Of a stretch of 64,000 nucleotides of DNA, positions 1 to 12,069 are shown one piece after another. Location: the NCBI GenBank assembly GCA_043228905.1, contig JBHGNT010000004.1, positions 15,872,001 through 15,936,000 of the forward strand, given 5' to 3'. Below the pieces are notes generated by a model. The model was not told the origin of the DNA. It saw nothing but the letters and a program-made list of their open reading frames with translations, and made no database searches. This stretch comes from Azolla caroliniana. Taxonomy: Eukaryota > Plantae > Polypodiophyta. A program made the translations under genes and the position numbers. Numbering within the stretch: the first letter of the stretch is position 1; every line of letters starts with the position of its first letter.

Positions 1-2514
1 GCGCGTGAACCGTTTCCTTGGTTCCTTGCGCGGGGAGAGCACGGCAGAGTCTCCACCACTTGCCGTCTCTTCATCCGACTGGTCCAACCGACTCAGTCGC
101 TCGTTCGGTCCACTCAACCGTAACGATTCCGGACTCTCATCTTGAGTCCCAGCTTCATCATCCTCTGCCAGGGCTGATTCAGGCTCACTGGCCTGATCTT
201 CCGACATTGGGTCGGGATCGGAAGTCGGAGTCGGTACGGAGTACCAAGATGCCGATTCATCGAACTCGACATCCCGGCTAACTCGGACTTCCTTCGTCCA
301 AGGGTTATAGCACTTATACCCCTTTTGCTCTTGAGCATAGCCGACTAGGATGCATTTTTCCGATTTTGCATCCAGCTTTCTCCACTTCTGATCCGGCACA
401 TGCACATACCCTATGTTCCCGAATATCCGAAGGTGTCTTAAGTTCGGCTTGCGCCCGAAATATAGCTCATGAGCTGACACCTTGTCAGCAATGCGGTTTT
501 GTATGTAGACGGCCGTCCGGACCGCCTCCGCCCAGTAGAACCGGGGCATGCTCTTCTCCTCCAGCATTGCCCTTGCCGCTTCGACGAGTGTCCGGTTCTT
601 CCTTTCGGCCACACCATTTTGCTCCGGTGTGTATCTGCAGCTGAACTCTCGCCGAATTCCCTTATGCTGCAGATAACTAGTGAATTGGCCGGGAAAATAT
701 TCCTTTCGGCCATCCGACCGAAGGCATTTGATCTTCCTCTCCGATTCCCGTTCTACCATCTTCTAGAGGCTCCGGAAATAGTCGAAGACTTCGCTCTTCC
801 GCTCAATGAGGTAGATCCAAGTATGTCGAGTATAGTCGTCGATAAAGGAGACGAAGTATCGACTCCCGCCAAGGCTTACACTTTGTGCCGGTCCCCACAC
901 ATCCCAATGGATGAGATCGAGCTTGTTACGGCTCCGGTTCCGTTCGGTGGGGAATGGAAGCCGGTGTTGCTTCCCAAGTTGGCAGGCTTCACAAATTTCG
1001 GCTCTCCGGCCGCTGAACTTCGGCAAACCGAAAACGACTTGTTTCGTTTGCAGGTCTTGAAGCCTCCGGTAGTTGACGTGGCCTATCCGCTTGTGCCACA
1101 GGTCGATGTCGGACTCGACCTTCTGTCGTTTCGCGAACAGAGCGGTGCCAAAGTCATTGGTGTTGAGGATAAACATCCTCCCGTCTCTGCGCCCTTGCGC
1201 AATGACTTCGCCCTCATCCTCAATGAAGCACCCGAAGTGGGTAAACCGCACCTGCATCCCCTGGTCGACAATTTGACCGACGGACACCAGGTTCTTCGTG
1301 ATTATCGGAACGTGTAATACGTTCATCAGCTTCCCTTTCTGTCCGACGTGGCTTAGAGGGACTTCTTCGACGTGCACGATTGGGTGAGGAGTGTCGTCTC
1401 CGGTTTCGACTACTCCTGGTTGATCCGGTTTCTCCAGAAAGGAGAACCACTCTTTGTGGCTCGTCATGTGGTTCGACACGCCGGAATCAACATACCACAC
1501 TTCCTCCGTTTTGGAAGTGGTCTTCTTCATTGAGTTTGCCTTGTGATTCATCACCAAGGCTGGCCCCTTACCGGCCTTTCCGGTTCCGAATCCTCCTGAT
1601 CCGTTTGTGTAGTGCGAGTTTTGCCGGCCACCCTTACCGGTCATGCCGGATCCGGATTTGTCCGAATCGGCACGCTTTCTCCAGCACTCGCTTTCCCTGT
1701 GGCCTTTTTTGCCATAGTACCAGCATTCCGTAGCGGATTTGTCTTGCCGGCCTCCGGCACCGCCTTGACTCCCCCTTCTTGTGGAAGTCCCGGAACTGCT
1801 GTCGGCACGCTCATAGTGCCTCCATTCCTGCTCTTGCCGGCCGCCTCCACTGCATGCCGACCCACCTCTTCCACCACGCCCATGGAGCCGATCCGTTCCC
1901 GTGTACAACATTCGGCTGTCCGGGGATGGACTGGTAGATGCATCGGCGTGGTTCTCCTCTACAAGGAGCATCGACTGTAAGTCGAAGAATGAGGGGGTAT
2001 TCTCCCTTGTACACACCAAAGTCCGGAACGCTCCGAACTTGGACGCCAGGCCTCCGAGACATACCTGCACCATCTCGTCTTCCTCTACCGTAACATTGAT
2101 AGAGGCGAGCGAGTCGCAGATCTCCTTTATCCGGCCCGTGTAGTCTGCCACGGACATGTGCTTCTGTCGAACATTGCTCAACTCCTGTCTGAGTTGCAGC
2201 TTCCGGGCAGTGGTGCTTGCGGCGAAAACCTTTTTCAGGTTCCCCCAAGCATCCTTCGGTGTCTTGGCGTCACAGATGTGGCTGAGCAGCTTATCGCCGA
2301 CACTGGACGCGAAGCAGTACATCACCCTGCTTGCCACCTGTTCCCATACCGGGAAGTCCTTGTGTGCCGAGTCAGGCGCTGCATCATTCGCTCCTTCGAC
2401 ATAACTCCAGTACCCGTGTCCAAGCAGGTACTGGTGCATCTTGTAAGACCAGGATGCGTAGTTGCTCCTATCGAGCTTCTCCACCGGGAGCGACGTAGCC
2501 ATGCCTCTATCCAT
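1..2514 (-). pseudogene. copia gag-protease-integrase (partial), in-frame TAG at 763-765 and later lesions
   Basis: ORF 763-2514: gag (NYASWSYKM), degenerate zinc knuckle (CWYYGKKGHRESEC), protease (WYVDSG), GAG-pre-integrase (LWHKRIGH..CEAC), integrase core (FIDDYTR). Confidence 0.92.
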
Positions 2515-2596
2515 GTCTTCTACTGTGTCTGTTTTCGACCTGTTAGGGTTTTCTTCTCAAGAGTAAATGTTTGCAGCAGAGGTTCTCAACCCTCGC

Positions 2597-2608
2597 GCTC
2601 TGATACCA
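2597..2608 (-). promoter_or_regulatory. Primer binding site, tRNA-iMet (TGGTATCAGAGC)
   Basis: Plus-strand GCTCTGATACCA abutting the LTR; same motif at 15355-15366 (mutated), 41688-41699 and 50188-50199. Confidence 0.92.
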
Positions 2609-2668
2609 TGAAAACGTGAGTGTTTGCGGAAGCGTAAAACAAAGAACAACAGAGAGAGAGAGAGAGAG

Positions 2669-3107
2669 TGTCATGGCAAGACTCGAACCCATGACTTTAT
2701 GCTACATGGGTCGAGCTCTTACCATTAGATTATGAATTGTATTTTGTAGGATATTATTTTCATTTATACTTTATCATAGAAAATTGATGTATATTCTAGA
2801 TCTCTCTGGAACATTCTAGAAGCTTCAGGATTATTCCTAAAAACACTATAAAAGGAGGCACAAGGCATTGTTTTGAACCAAATTGGTTCAATGCCAGTCT
2901 TAAGCCTCTTAGCCGCTTGTACTTATCTTTTCACATAATATATAGCTGATGTCATCATCTCTCTCTCTCTCTCATTCTCGCTATCTCTCTCTCTCTCCTC
3001 TTCTCACTTCCTCTCTCGGGAATCTTACGCAGTCCCGTCCTCTTAGTACTAATAGTACTGTTGTTCTTAGTACTAATTCCATCTCTGTTTTAGTACTATT
3101 CCTGACA
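2669..3107 (+). repeat. 5' LTR of chromovirus
   Basis: TGTCA...TGACA termini, TATA box at 2847-2853, direct repeat of 7823-8261. Confidence 0.96.
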
Positions 3108-3176
3108 GTTTGAACCAATTTCTTCCTCTAGCCTACTTGTCACTCTCCCTCATCCTCCTACCCTTTTCCCTATACT

Positions 3177-4245
3177 ATGGCTACTGTTAGCGCCCAAGAA
3201 TACCAATCCGTTTTCTCCGAGCTACAGTGCCTAAAAGAAAAGTTTGTTGCCCTGGAACAAGAAAACCAACGGCTGATAGGGGATCTGCAACAAATCGCTC
3301 TAGAAAAACAACAAACGCAACAACAACATGGGGAGTTAGCGTTACGGGTACAACAACTCGAAGCAGCGTTGCAACAACAAGGATCCAGTCCACAAGGATT
3401 TCATAAAGAGCCCAAGATTGGACTTCCTGTGAAATTTGATGGAACGCGTTCGCAATTCCGGGGATTTCTTAATCAGGTACGCTTAGTCATCCAGATGCAT
3501 CCTTCCCGATATCCCACTGATGCATCTCGAGTCGGCCTAATAGGCACGCTACTTAGCGGCTCAGCCTTGGCATGGTTTGCTCCGCTTCTAGAAAAACAAT
3601 CACCCTTACTTAATAACTTTGAAGATTTTATTGGTGAGTTTAAAGCCTGCTTTGGAGACACCGACAGCATCAGGACGGCGATCAACAAGATCCGGCGATT
3701 GCGTCAAGGCGATCGTCCAGCCTCTGCCTACGCGGCGGATTTCCGCCTACTTGCTTCAGATATACCCTGGGATGATCAAAGATGTCAAAGATGTCAAAGA
3801 TCTACTTCTAACTTTCCCCGAAGAACCAAAGTCTCTTACGGAGGCAATCAGTCGAGCAGTTCGATGTGACAACCGCCTTTTTGAACGGCGTTTTGAACAT
3901 CAATTACAGATACCACGCTCTAGGCCAGAGCCCACTTACGCCGCAGTCGCGGCTAAACCGTTTGCACGAGACATACCTCAAGCAAATACTTCGACACCGA
4001 TGGAGATCGATACCATGCGTCGACGACGTGCCAATCGATTATGTCTTTATTGCGGTGGACCAGGACATATCGCCATCAATTGTCCCCATAGGCCAAGAAG
4101 ACAGGTAAATCAAATCGTCGCCTGTACTAAACCCGAGTCAATTCTTCCCTTCGGAGTGTCTGATAGTATTCATAGTACTAATAGCCCAAGTATCTCAAAT
4201 AAATTTGAAATCCTTAGTCAATTAGATGAAGAGTTAAACGATTGA
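3177..4245 (+). pseudogene. chromovirus gag, frameshifted near 3780
   Basis: N-terminal coiled coil, retrotransposon gag core (LSGSALAWF..LRQGDRPASAYAADF), CCHC knuckle CLYCGGPGHIAINC; frame break at the tandem CAAAGATGT duplication. Confidence 0.9.
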
Positions 4246-7200
4246 GTCCAGCCAAAATAGGAGCCATTTGGTTGGACAGCAGCCCTAGATCTGTACAGCC
4301 CATTAGTGGTTCCATTCCTTCCAAGCAAGTTAGCAATGTGTTCCTAGCCCAAGTCATTGTTAGTACTAAAAGTACTCCCCCAGTACCCGTCCTAGCACTT
4401 TTAGATTCCGGAGCTAATTCCTGTTTCATGGATCGAAATTTTGCCCAAGCTTCTCAGATATCCTTAAGAAAACTTCCTTGTCCCGCATCTGTAGTGGTCA
4501 TTGATGGTCGTCCCATTGCTTCCGGGAATATTGTAGAAGAATCAGAACCCATTCAAGTTGTCCTAGGTAGTTTTGTGTGTATAATATCATTTAATATAAT
4601 TAGTAGTCCAGAGCATCCCATTGTCCTAGGATTACCTTGGCTTGAATTACATAATCCAGCCATAGATTGGAGAACAAGAGAAGTCCGATATCGACCACCC
4701 CAAGAATCAACTCACCGAGTTTCGACCATTTCACTCCATCAACTACGCGAAGAAGTACCCAAGGAGGCAATGTTCTTATTTGCCATATCAGTACATCCTT
4801 CTAGCACTATTAAGAAGGACTCCTCAATACAACTTCCGGCAAAATATCATCCTTATGCCGATGTATTTGACAAGGTAAAAGCCGGTACCCTTCCTCATCA
4901 CCGTCCCTATGACTGTCCCATCGATTTACAACCAGGAACCGAGCCACCATGGGGACCAATTTACAACTTGTCACCCACCGAGTTAGAAGTCCTTCGAGCC
5001 TACATAGAGGAGAACTTGGCAAGCGGGTTCATCTGTCATTCGAAATCTCCGGCCGGTGCACCCATCTTCTTTGTCAAGAAGAAAGATGGCTCACTTCGTC
5101 TTGTCGATTACCGCGGATTGAATAAAGTCACCATCCGGAATAGGTATGCACTTCCTCTTATATCAAGTCTTTTAGAGCGAGTTAATGGTGCCAAGTTTTT
5201 TACTAAAATCGACCTACGAGGAGCGTATAATCTCGTGCGGATCCGACCGGGAGATGAGTGGAAGACCGCTTTTCGCACGCGGTATGGGCATTTCGAGTAT
5301 ACTGTTATGCCGTTTGGCCTAACCAATGCACCCGTAGTCTTTCAACACATGGCAAATGATATATTCAGAGACCTCTTGGATATCTGTTTGATCATTTATC
5401 TGGATGATTTGTTGATTTATTCGAAGACCCAGGAAGAGCACGATTCTCATGTACTATTAGTACTAAAGCGACTCCGCGAGAATGGTCTTTATGCCAAGCT
5501 AGAGAAATGTAGCTTTGACTGCAAGCAAGTGGAATTTCTAGGCTACGTCATCTCCTCAAAGGGCATCGCCATGGATCCAGCTAAAATCCAAACCGTACTA
5601 GAGTGGCAAATTCCACGGTCGGTACGAGATGTACAATGTTTTCTAGGCTTTGCTAACTTCTACCGTAAGTTTATACAGGATTACTCGAAGATTATTTTAC
5701 CTCTCACACAACTTACGAAGAAGGGCCAAGCATTTCTTTGGTCCATCGAAGCAGATATGGCTTTTCGGCATCTTAAGAAAGCCTTTACATCAGCACCGAT
5801 TCTAGCTCATGTGGATACAAGCAAACCATTCATCATGGAGGCCGACGCATCAGATTTCGCCCTCGGTAGCATCCTTTCTCAACAAGGCGATAAAGAAGAG
5901 TTGCATCCGGTGGCTTTCCATTCGCGCAAATTCAATGTCGCAGAAATCAACTACGAAATACATGACAAGGAGTTATTAGCCATCGTGGATTCATTTGTAC
6001 AATGGCGGCATTTCTTAGAGGGCTCTCCACATCAGGTCATTGTCTTTAGCGATCATAAAACTCTTGCTTATTTTCAGAACGCTCGCGTACAAAATCGACG
6101 ACAAGCTCGGTGGGCGCAATTCCTCACGCGTTTCAACTTCGAAATCACATATCGACCGGGGAAGCAACAAGGAAAAGCAGATGCACTATCATGGCGTTCA
6201 TATCTTGCACCTCGTCCTGGTGACGCAACATTTGATAATCAAAAGCAAGTAATCTTGGGACGAACACGATTGCACACGACGCGGATTTTTCACACCCCGA
6301 TGGATTCACGGATTACCGATGACATACGTGCAACCTTGAAGACGGATAGTTTTGCTCAAGACATCCTGGCGCACATTGATACTTCTCGGGCATCCTGTTC
6401 TCAGTCTCAACAACCAAGTATTGACTACCGACAATTCGAATATCATGATGGTTTGTTATTCTTTAAAAAGCGCGTATATGTCCCCGATTGCTCCTGTCGC
6501 CTTCAAATCGTCCAACATTGTCACGACACCCATACGGCGGGACATTTCGGTAGTACCAAGACGTTGGAGTTAGTGCAGCGATCTTTTTGGTGGCCCCACA
6601 TGCGCCGTTTTCTCGACGACTACGTTCGGACCTGTGATGCTTGCTGCCGAGCAAAGATGCCACGACACCATCCATATGGCTTGTTGGAACCTTTACCAAT
6701 TCCAAGTAAGCCATGGCAGTCTATTTGTCTTGATTTTATCACAGATCTGCTGGTCTTGAAGGGGTTCGATGCTATCCTAACCGTCGTCGATCGATATACG
6801 AAGATGGCACATTTTGTGCCATGTACTAAAGCCATCACTAGCGAGGAAACCGCCGCTCTTGTTATGCGTGAGGTATTTCGGCATCATGGCCTACCAGACA
6901 GTATTATCAGTGACCGAGGCCCGCAATTTGTTTCCAAATTTTGGCAGCATCTCTTCAGGATGCTCAAGGTCTCCTGCAACCTCTCCTCCGGCTACCATCC
7001 TCAAACTGACGGACAGGCGGAACGAACAAACCAAACGTTGGAGCAATATCTCCGGTGTTTCCTGAGTTATCAACAGGACGATTGGGCCGAGATTCTCCAC
7101 TTTGCGGAGTTTGCGTATAATAATGCTATTCACTCCTCGACTCGGGTCTCCCCATTTCTCGCTTATACCGGTTTCCATCCTCGCTGGTCGGTGATCGACA

Positions 7201-7811
7201 CTCCGGAGCTACCTACCAACCCTCGTGCCGAGGACCATTTGGAGAGGCTACGCAAGATCCAGATGGATCTCTCTACTCACCTTCGTCATGCTCAACACAC
7301 ATAGAAGACTTATGCGGATCGTCATCGGATTCCCTCCTCTTTTGCCATCGGAGATCGAGTATGGCTCTTACGTCGTCACATCAAGACTACTCGACCGTGT
7401 GACAAGTTGGATTATCGACGACTCGGTCCTTTCCGTATTACGGGGAAGATTAATGATGTCACCTTTCGCCTGGATCTCCCTCCACAGCTTCAGATACATC
7501 CGGTTTTCCATTGTTCTCTTCTTGAACCTTATAAAGCAAACACCATTCCCGATCGTGTGACACCACCGCCGCCCCCGCTGGAGTTGGACGCCGGCCCGGA
7601 GTATGAAGTTGCTGCCATCCTCGATTCCAAACTTGTTCGCAACAAACTTTATTACTTGGTCGTTTGGCTCGGTTATAGTCCGAGCGAACGTACTTGGGAA
7701 CCCGTCGAGAATGTTGCCAATGCACAAGATCTTCTTGCTGATTTCCACCGAAAGTATCCAGACAAACCCGGTCCGCAATTAGCGCCGACTCGTTCCACTC
7801 GTCGTCTTTAA
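4242..7811 (+). pseudogene. chromovirus pol (PR-RT-RNaseH-INT-chromodomain), one premature TAG at 7302-7304
   Basis: LLDSGA protease, YLDD RT, EADASD RNase H, HHCC plus DDE integrase, GPF motif, chromodomain EYEVAAILDSK..YYLVVWLGY..TWEP. Confidence 0.95.
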
Positions 7812-7822
7812 GGGGGAGATAG

Positions 7823-8261
7823 TGTCATGGCAAGACTCGAACCCATGACTTTATGCTACATGGGTCAAGCTCTTACCATTAGATTATGAATTGTATTTTG
7901 TAGGATATTATTTTCATTTATACTTTATCATAGAAAATTGATGTATATTCCAGATCTCTCTGGAACATTCTAGAAGCTTCAGGATTATTCCTAAAAACAC
8001 TATAAAAGGAGGCACAAGGCATTGTTTTGAACCAAATTGGTTCAACGCCAGTCTTAAGCCTCTTAGCCGCTTGTACTTATCTTTTCACATAATATATAAC
8101 TGCTGTCATCATCTCTCTCTCTCTCTCATTCTCACTATCTCTCTCTCTCTCCTCTTCTCACTTCCTCTCTCGGGAATTTTACGCAGTCCCGTCCTCTTAG
8201 TACTAATAGTACTGCTGTTCTTAGTACTAATTCCATCTCTGTTTTAGTACTATTCTTGACA
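7823..8261 (+). repeat. 3' LTR of chromovirus
   Basis: Direct repeat of 2669-3107, preceded by PPT. Confidence 0.96.
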
Positions 8262-8263
8262 GA

Positions 8264-8302
<39 letters not shown>

Positions 8303-9203
8303 CAGAACGTAATTTCAAAATTATTTTCAGACTCTGTCTCCACACTGTGCTAAGTAGCACTATTTATACAAGTCCTCTTGGGACTGACAGAAGTACCATG
8401 TACTTCAATGCTCACACGAGCATCTGACACTTACTACGAGACTATAGCTACCTAGTAGTCTATCCTATACTAGGCTTCCGATTGGACTTCCGGTTACGGA
8501 TTGTACCCGGCCTCCACTGCTTGCCGGTTCGGTTGCTCACCGTCATACCGATCTGTTTCGCCCGATCCGTCTCGCTTACCGGCTCCGGCTTATTCAGCCG
8601 ATCCAGCTCCGGTTGAGCTTGCCGCTCAACAGGTACCAACCGATCCGATTCTCGGTTTGCACAACCGATCCGGCCAATGTTGAGCTTGTATCTCAACACT
8701 CCCCCTCAAGCTCAACGTGAGGCTCGTCTGGTTCTTCCGGAACACTACTCCGGTTTCTTCTGGCTTCACGCCTCGCTCGCACTCCTCGTCCTGTTCGATT
8801 ATGCGCGCCCCGACCCTTCTTGTCGGCGTGTATGCTCATGTGGCCCTTCTCAGTTCCTTTGATATCGCGGTGTTGGCGCCTCTTTGACTGCCCTTTCTTC
8901 TGCTTGGCCCTCGGTTGATTTGGCGTCTCGGAATCAAACATCTGAACCGAATTAGCTTCCTCTGATCGGTTTTCGCTCTCACTTTAGTTGGCTTCAACTT
9001 CCCCATGATTGGCTGGCTTCGGCTCTTTCTTTCAGCTACTTCCCTCACATCCGCTTTTAGACTCTTTCGTAGATCCGCCCTGGGCTTCTTCAGCTGACCC
9101 GAAATCGAATTCTTCATTCGGCTCGGCGTCATAATCTCGTCCGCTCCTTTCCTACTCCCTTCTGTGGTCTTCTGGGACTTCTTTCCCCCTCAAGTTTGGC
9201 ACA

Positions 9204-10574
9204 TCAAGGTGTTGCAACCCAAGCGCACCCGAGAATTGCCACAACTTGTCGATACCAAGGGGCTTGGTGCAAATGTTCGACTTCACCGGAGAGGACACGC
9301 TCGGAGACAAATTGGTAGCGCACATCAATGTGCTTAGTCCAGGTGTGGAAAACAGGGTTCTTCGCTAATTGGATGCCGCTGAGGTTGTTGCAGTAGATCG
9401 TCGTCGGATCGGACACCTCCACCCGTAGATCCTTAAGTAGTCGTTTCAGCCAGATGGCTTCGCATGTTGTGACAACCGCTCTTCTATACTCGACTTTGGT
9501 GCTTGACAATGCAACCGTCGGCTGCTTCTTGCTACTCCATGTGATCGCAGCGCTCCCAAGAGAGAATGTGAATCCAGATGTGGATCGGCAATGGTCGACG
9601 TTTCTGGCCCAATCAGCATCGGTGTAACCGACTAACTGTGCGGCAATATCGGTCCGATGTAGTAGCCCCTGGTCCTTAGTGCCACTGGCGTACCGGAGTA
9701 TGCGTTCTGCACAATAAAGGTGCTCCTCAGTTAGCCGCGCCATGAATTGACTAATCACACCGACCGGGTAACTGAGGTCTGGTCGAGTGATAATCAAGTA
9801 GATGAGGCTTCCGACAATCTGTCGGAACCTCTTCGGGTCGCAAACCTTTCCGGAGTCGTGGCGAAGCTTGACAATTCTATCCAGAGGAGTCGAGACGAAC
9901 TTACAATTTGCCATCCCGAACTTGAAGAGCATACCCAACATGTAATGTCGTTGGCTGATCAGTATGCCTTCGCGGGTATGGATCACTTTGATCCTGAGGA
10001 AGTAATGAAGGTCCCCTAGGTCCTTCATGTCAAATGATGTCGTGAGCTGGTGCTTTACACGGTGAATTTCAACTAGGTCGGCGCCGGTGATGACCAAGTC
10101 ATCAACATAAAGTAAAATACTAACCGACCCGAGTTGACCGTTCCGAATGAACAGTGAAGAGTCTGATTTGGATGTCGCAAATCTCATCCGACGCAATTGC
10201 TGTGTGATTTTCGCGTTCCCAGCACGCAGGGCTTGCTTTAGTCCGTAAATGGACTTCTTCAACCGGCAGACCACCGAAGTGTTCATTCCGGAGTGAAATT
10301 CGGGAGGCTGTACCATGTACACCTGTTCCTCAAGCTCGCCTTGCAGGAATGCATTCTTGACATCCATTTGATGTAAATGCCACCCCTTCGCCACTGCTAC
10401 GACTAGCAGAACACGCACGACAGTCATCTTCACGACAAGCGCGAAGGTCTTGTCGCAGTCCACGTGGTGCTTCTGCGCGTAGCCTTTTGCTACCAACCGG
10501 GCCTTGTATCGGTGGACTGAGCCATCGGTGTTGTACTTGACCTTATACACCCACCTACATCCGATCGGGTTCAC
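9204..10574 (-). pseudogene. copia B reverse transcriptase / RNase H
   Basis: RYKARLVAKGY, QMDVKNAFL, LLYVDD, GYTDADW, KQPTVALSST, TKHIDVRY motifs; gag/PR/INT fragments lie at 11834-15277. Confidence 0.93.
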
Positions 10575-10718
10575 ACCTTTCGGTGCATCAACTAGGTCCT
10601 AGGTTTCATTCTCCGCCAATGCGCGAATCTCTTCCTCCATTGCGGCACACCAATTTGCATCCTTCGCCGCTTCTACGTAGCTCTTCGGCTCACGCACTTC
10701 TGCTACATGCGTCATTTA

Positions 10719-11833
10719 TGACAGGAACTACACGCTCCGATGAACAACGCTCGGCCACAACCGAGTCTAAGATCAAACACAGAAAATGGGGAATGAAAGC
10801 ATGACACAAAGGAGAGAAGACAACACAGGATGTTTAACGTGGAAAGCCCTAAGAGGGAAAAACCACGGGAGTCCACAGACTCCAAACTATCACTATATCA
10901 CAATGATTACAACAGTGAGTTCATGGAGGCAACGACCTCATGCTCACGATCTTCGCCATAGGCGGCGGTTACAACAGAGGCAACGACCTCTTCCTCTCTC
11001 TCTCTCTCTCTCTGTACACTGTTACGCGCACTCTCTTCTTGCGTCAACAAGAATGACAACAACTTACTAAAAAGTTTGCCCTAAGTCATATTTATACTAA
11101 TATGACTTTTCGGCTATTTACAAATATAGCCATGATGGACTCTCAAAAACATATTTACGAATATGTCTCTTCATCCGGTGAGCACTCCTCACTGGGCTTG
11201 CCTCATCCGGCGCTTGTCGGGTACTCCTCATCTGGTTCTCACCAGCTCTGCACCATCCGGCTCTCCGTAGCCGGGTACTCCTCATCCGGTTTCGGCCTCG
11301 GCCGAGTTTGCTCATCAGTACTGTTCTTCTCACTTCCCATCCGGAGGGACCTGTTTCCTAACAAACTACCCCTTCACTCCGGCATGGGATGTCTTACTAG
11401 TCCGATCCGCTTCCGGCATGCATCCAGCTTGTCGGGTATCAGTACTTTGGTCAGCATATCTGACCTGTTCTCAGTCGTGTGGATCTTCGTCAGCGCGAAC
11501 TCCTGGTCAGTGGTCATCTACTCTTTCCCGGATCCAGTGATACCTTCGCTGGATATCCTTCGTTCGGGAATGGTAGGCCGCATTCTTAGCAAGGTGGATG
11601 GCACTTTGACTGTCGTAATAGAGCCGATATTCATCTTGCCAGATACCGAGCTCTCCGATGAAGTCCTTCATCCATAATATTTCCTTGCCGGCTTCCAGAG
11701 CCGCCATGTACTCCGCCTCCGTGGTTGACAACGCAACCGTCTTCTACAGCCTCGACTGCCACGAAACAGCTCCCCCTGCATATGTCATTATTGTTCTTCT
11801 CACTTCCCATCCGGAGGGACCTGTTTCCTAACA
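10719..11833 (-). mobile_element. Heavily deleted copia element E1: complete 3' LTR 10719-11363, RNase H remnant, ~45-bp stub of 5' LTR
   Basis: TSD ATTTA/ATGTA; TG..CA; PPT AAGGGGTAGTT; RNase H STTEAEY..SQSAIHLAKN; LTR end repeated at ~11790-11833. Confidence 0.85.
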
Positions 11834-12069
11834 ATGTACACATAGTGATGCGCCATGTACTCGTTGTATCCGAACTGCAAAACAGGGTTCTTCTAACGGG
11901 TAGATCGGCGTAACTGCTCATTAGCCAATGTTGAGGCTTTCTTGGCTGACGCAAACGTCGCTCTCGAAGGCCCATCATCGCTCTTCTCGAAGTCGGATTC
12001 GTGTCAATCCGACTTGCCCTTATCTATGTCGTACTCTGGCATCTTCTTCTTCCCTTTTTCCTTTTGCGT

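Larger units (their letters stand above)
2669..8261 (+). mobile_element. Full-length Ty3/gypsy chromovirus (Tcn1/Tf1-like) inserted in the (GA)n tract of the copia A' LTR
   Basis: Two 439-bp TG..CA LTRs differing at about 9 positions; TSD GAGAG; PPT AAGGGGGAGATAG 7810-7822; gag-PR-RT-RH-INT-chromodomain order. Confidence 0.96.
1..8631 (-). mobile_element. Ty1/copia LTR retrotransposon A' (same family as 45603-50606); runs off the left edge; 5' LTR (2609-8631) split by a chromovirus
   Basis: LTR TGAAAACGTG...GCTCAACA matches 50200-50606; tRNA-iMet PBS at 2597-2608; gag-PR-INT on minus strand; right flank GGTAC continues into the copia B LTR. Confidence 0.93.

Noticed and set aside
499-1317. 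272-aa plus-strand ORF (also 48090-48908, 43808-44623, 13403-13762)
   Set aside because: Antisense shadow of the copia integrase; its recurrence follows from element homology and it has no independent motifs
7302-7304. Programmed readthrough separating the chromodomain
   Set aside because: A single CAG-to-TAG change fits deamination in an element with other lesions; only one copy is available
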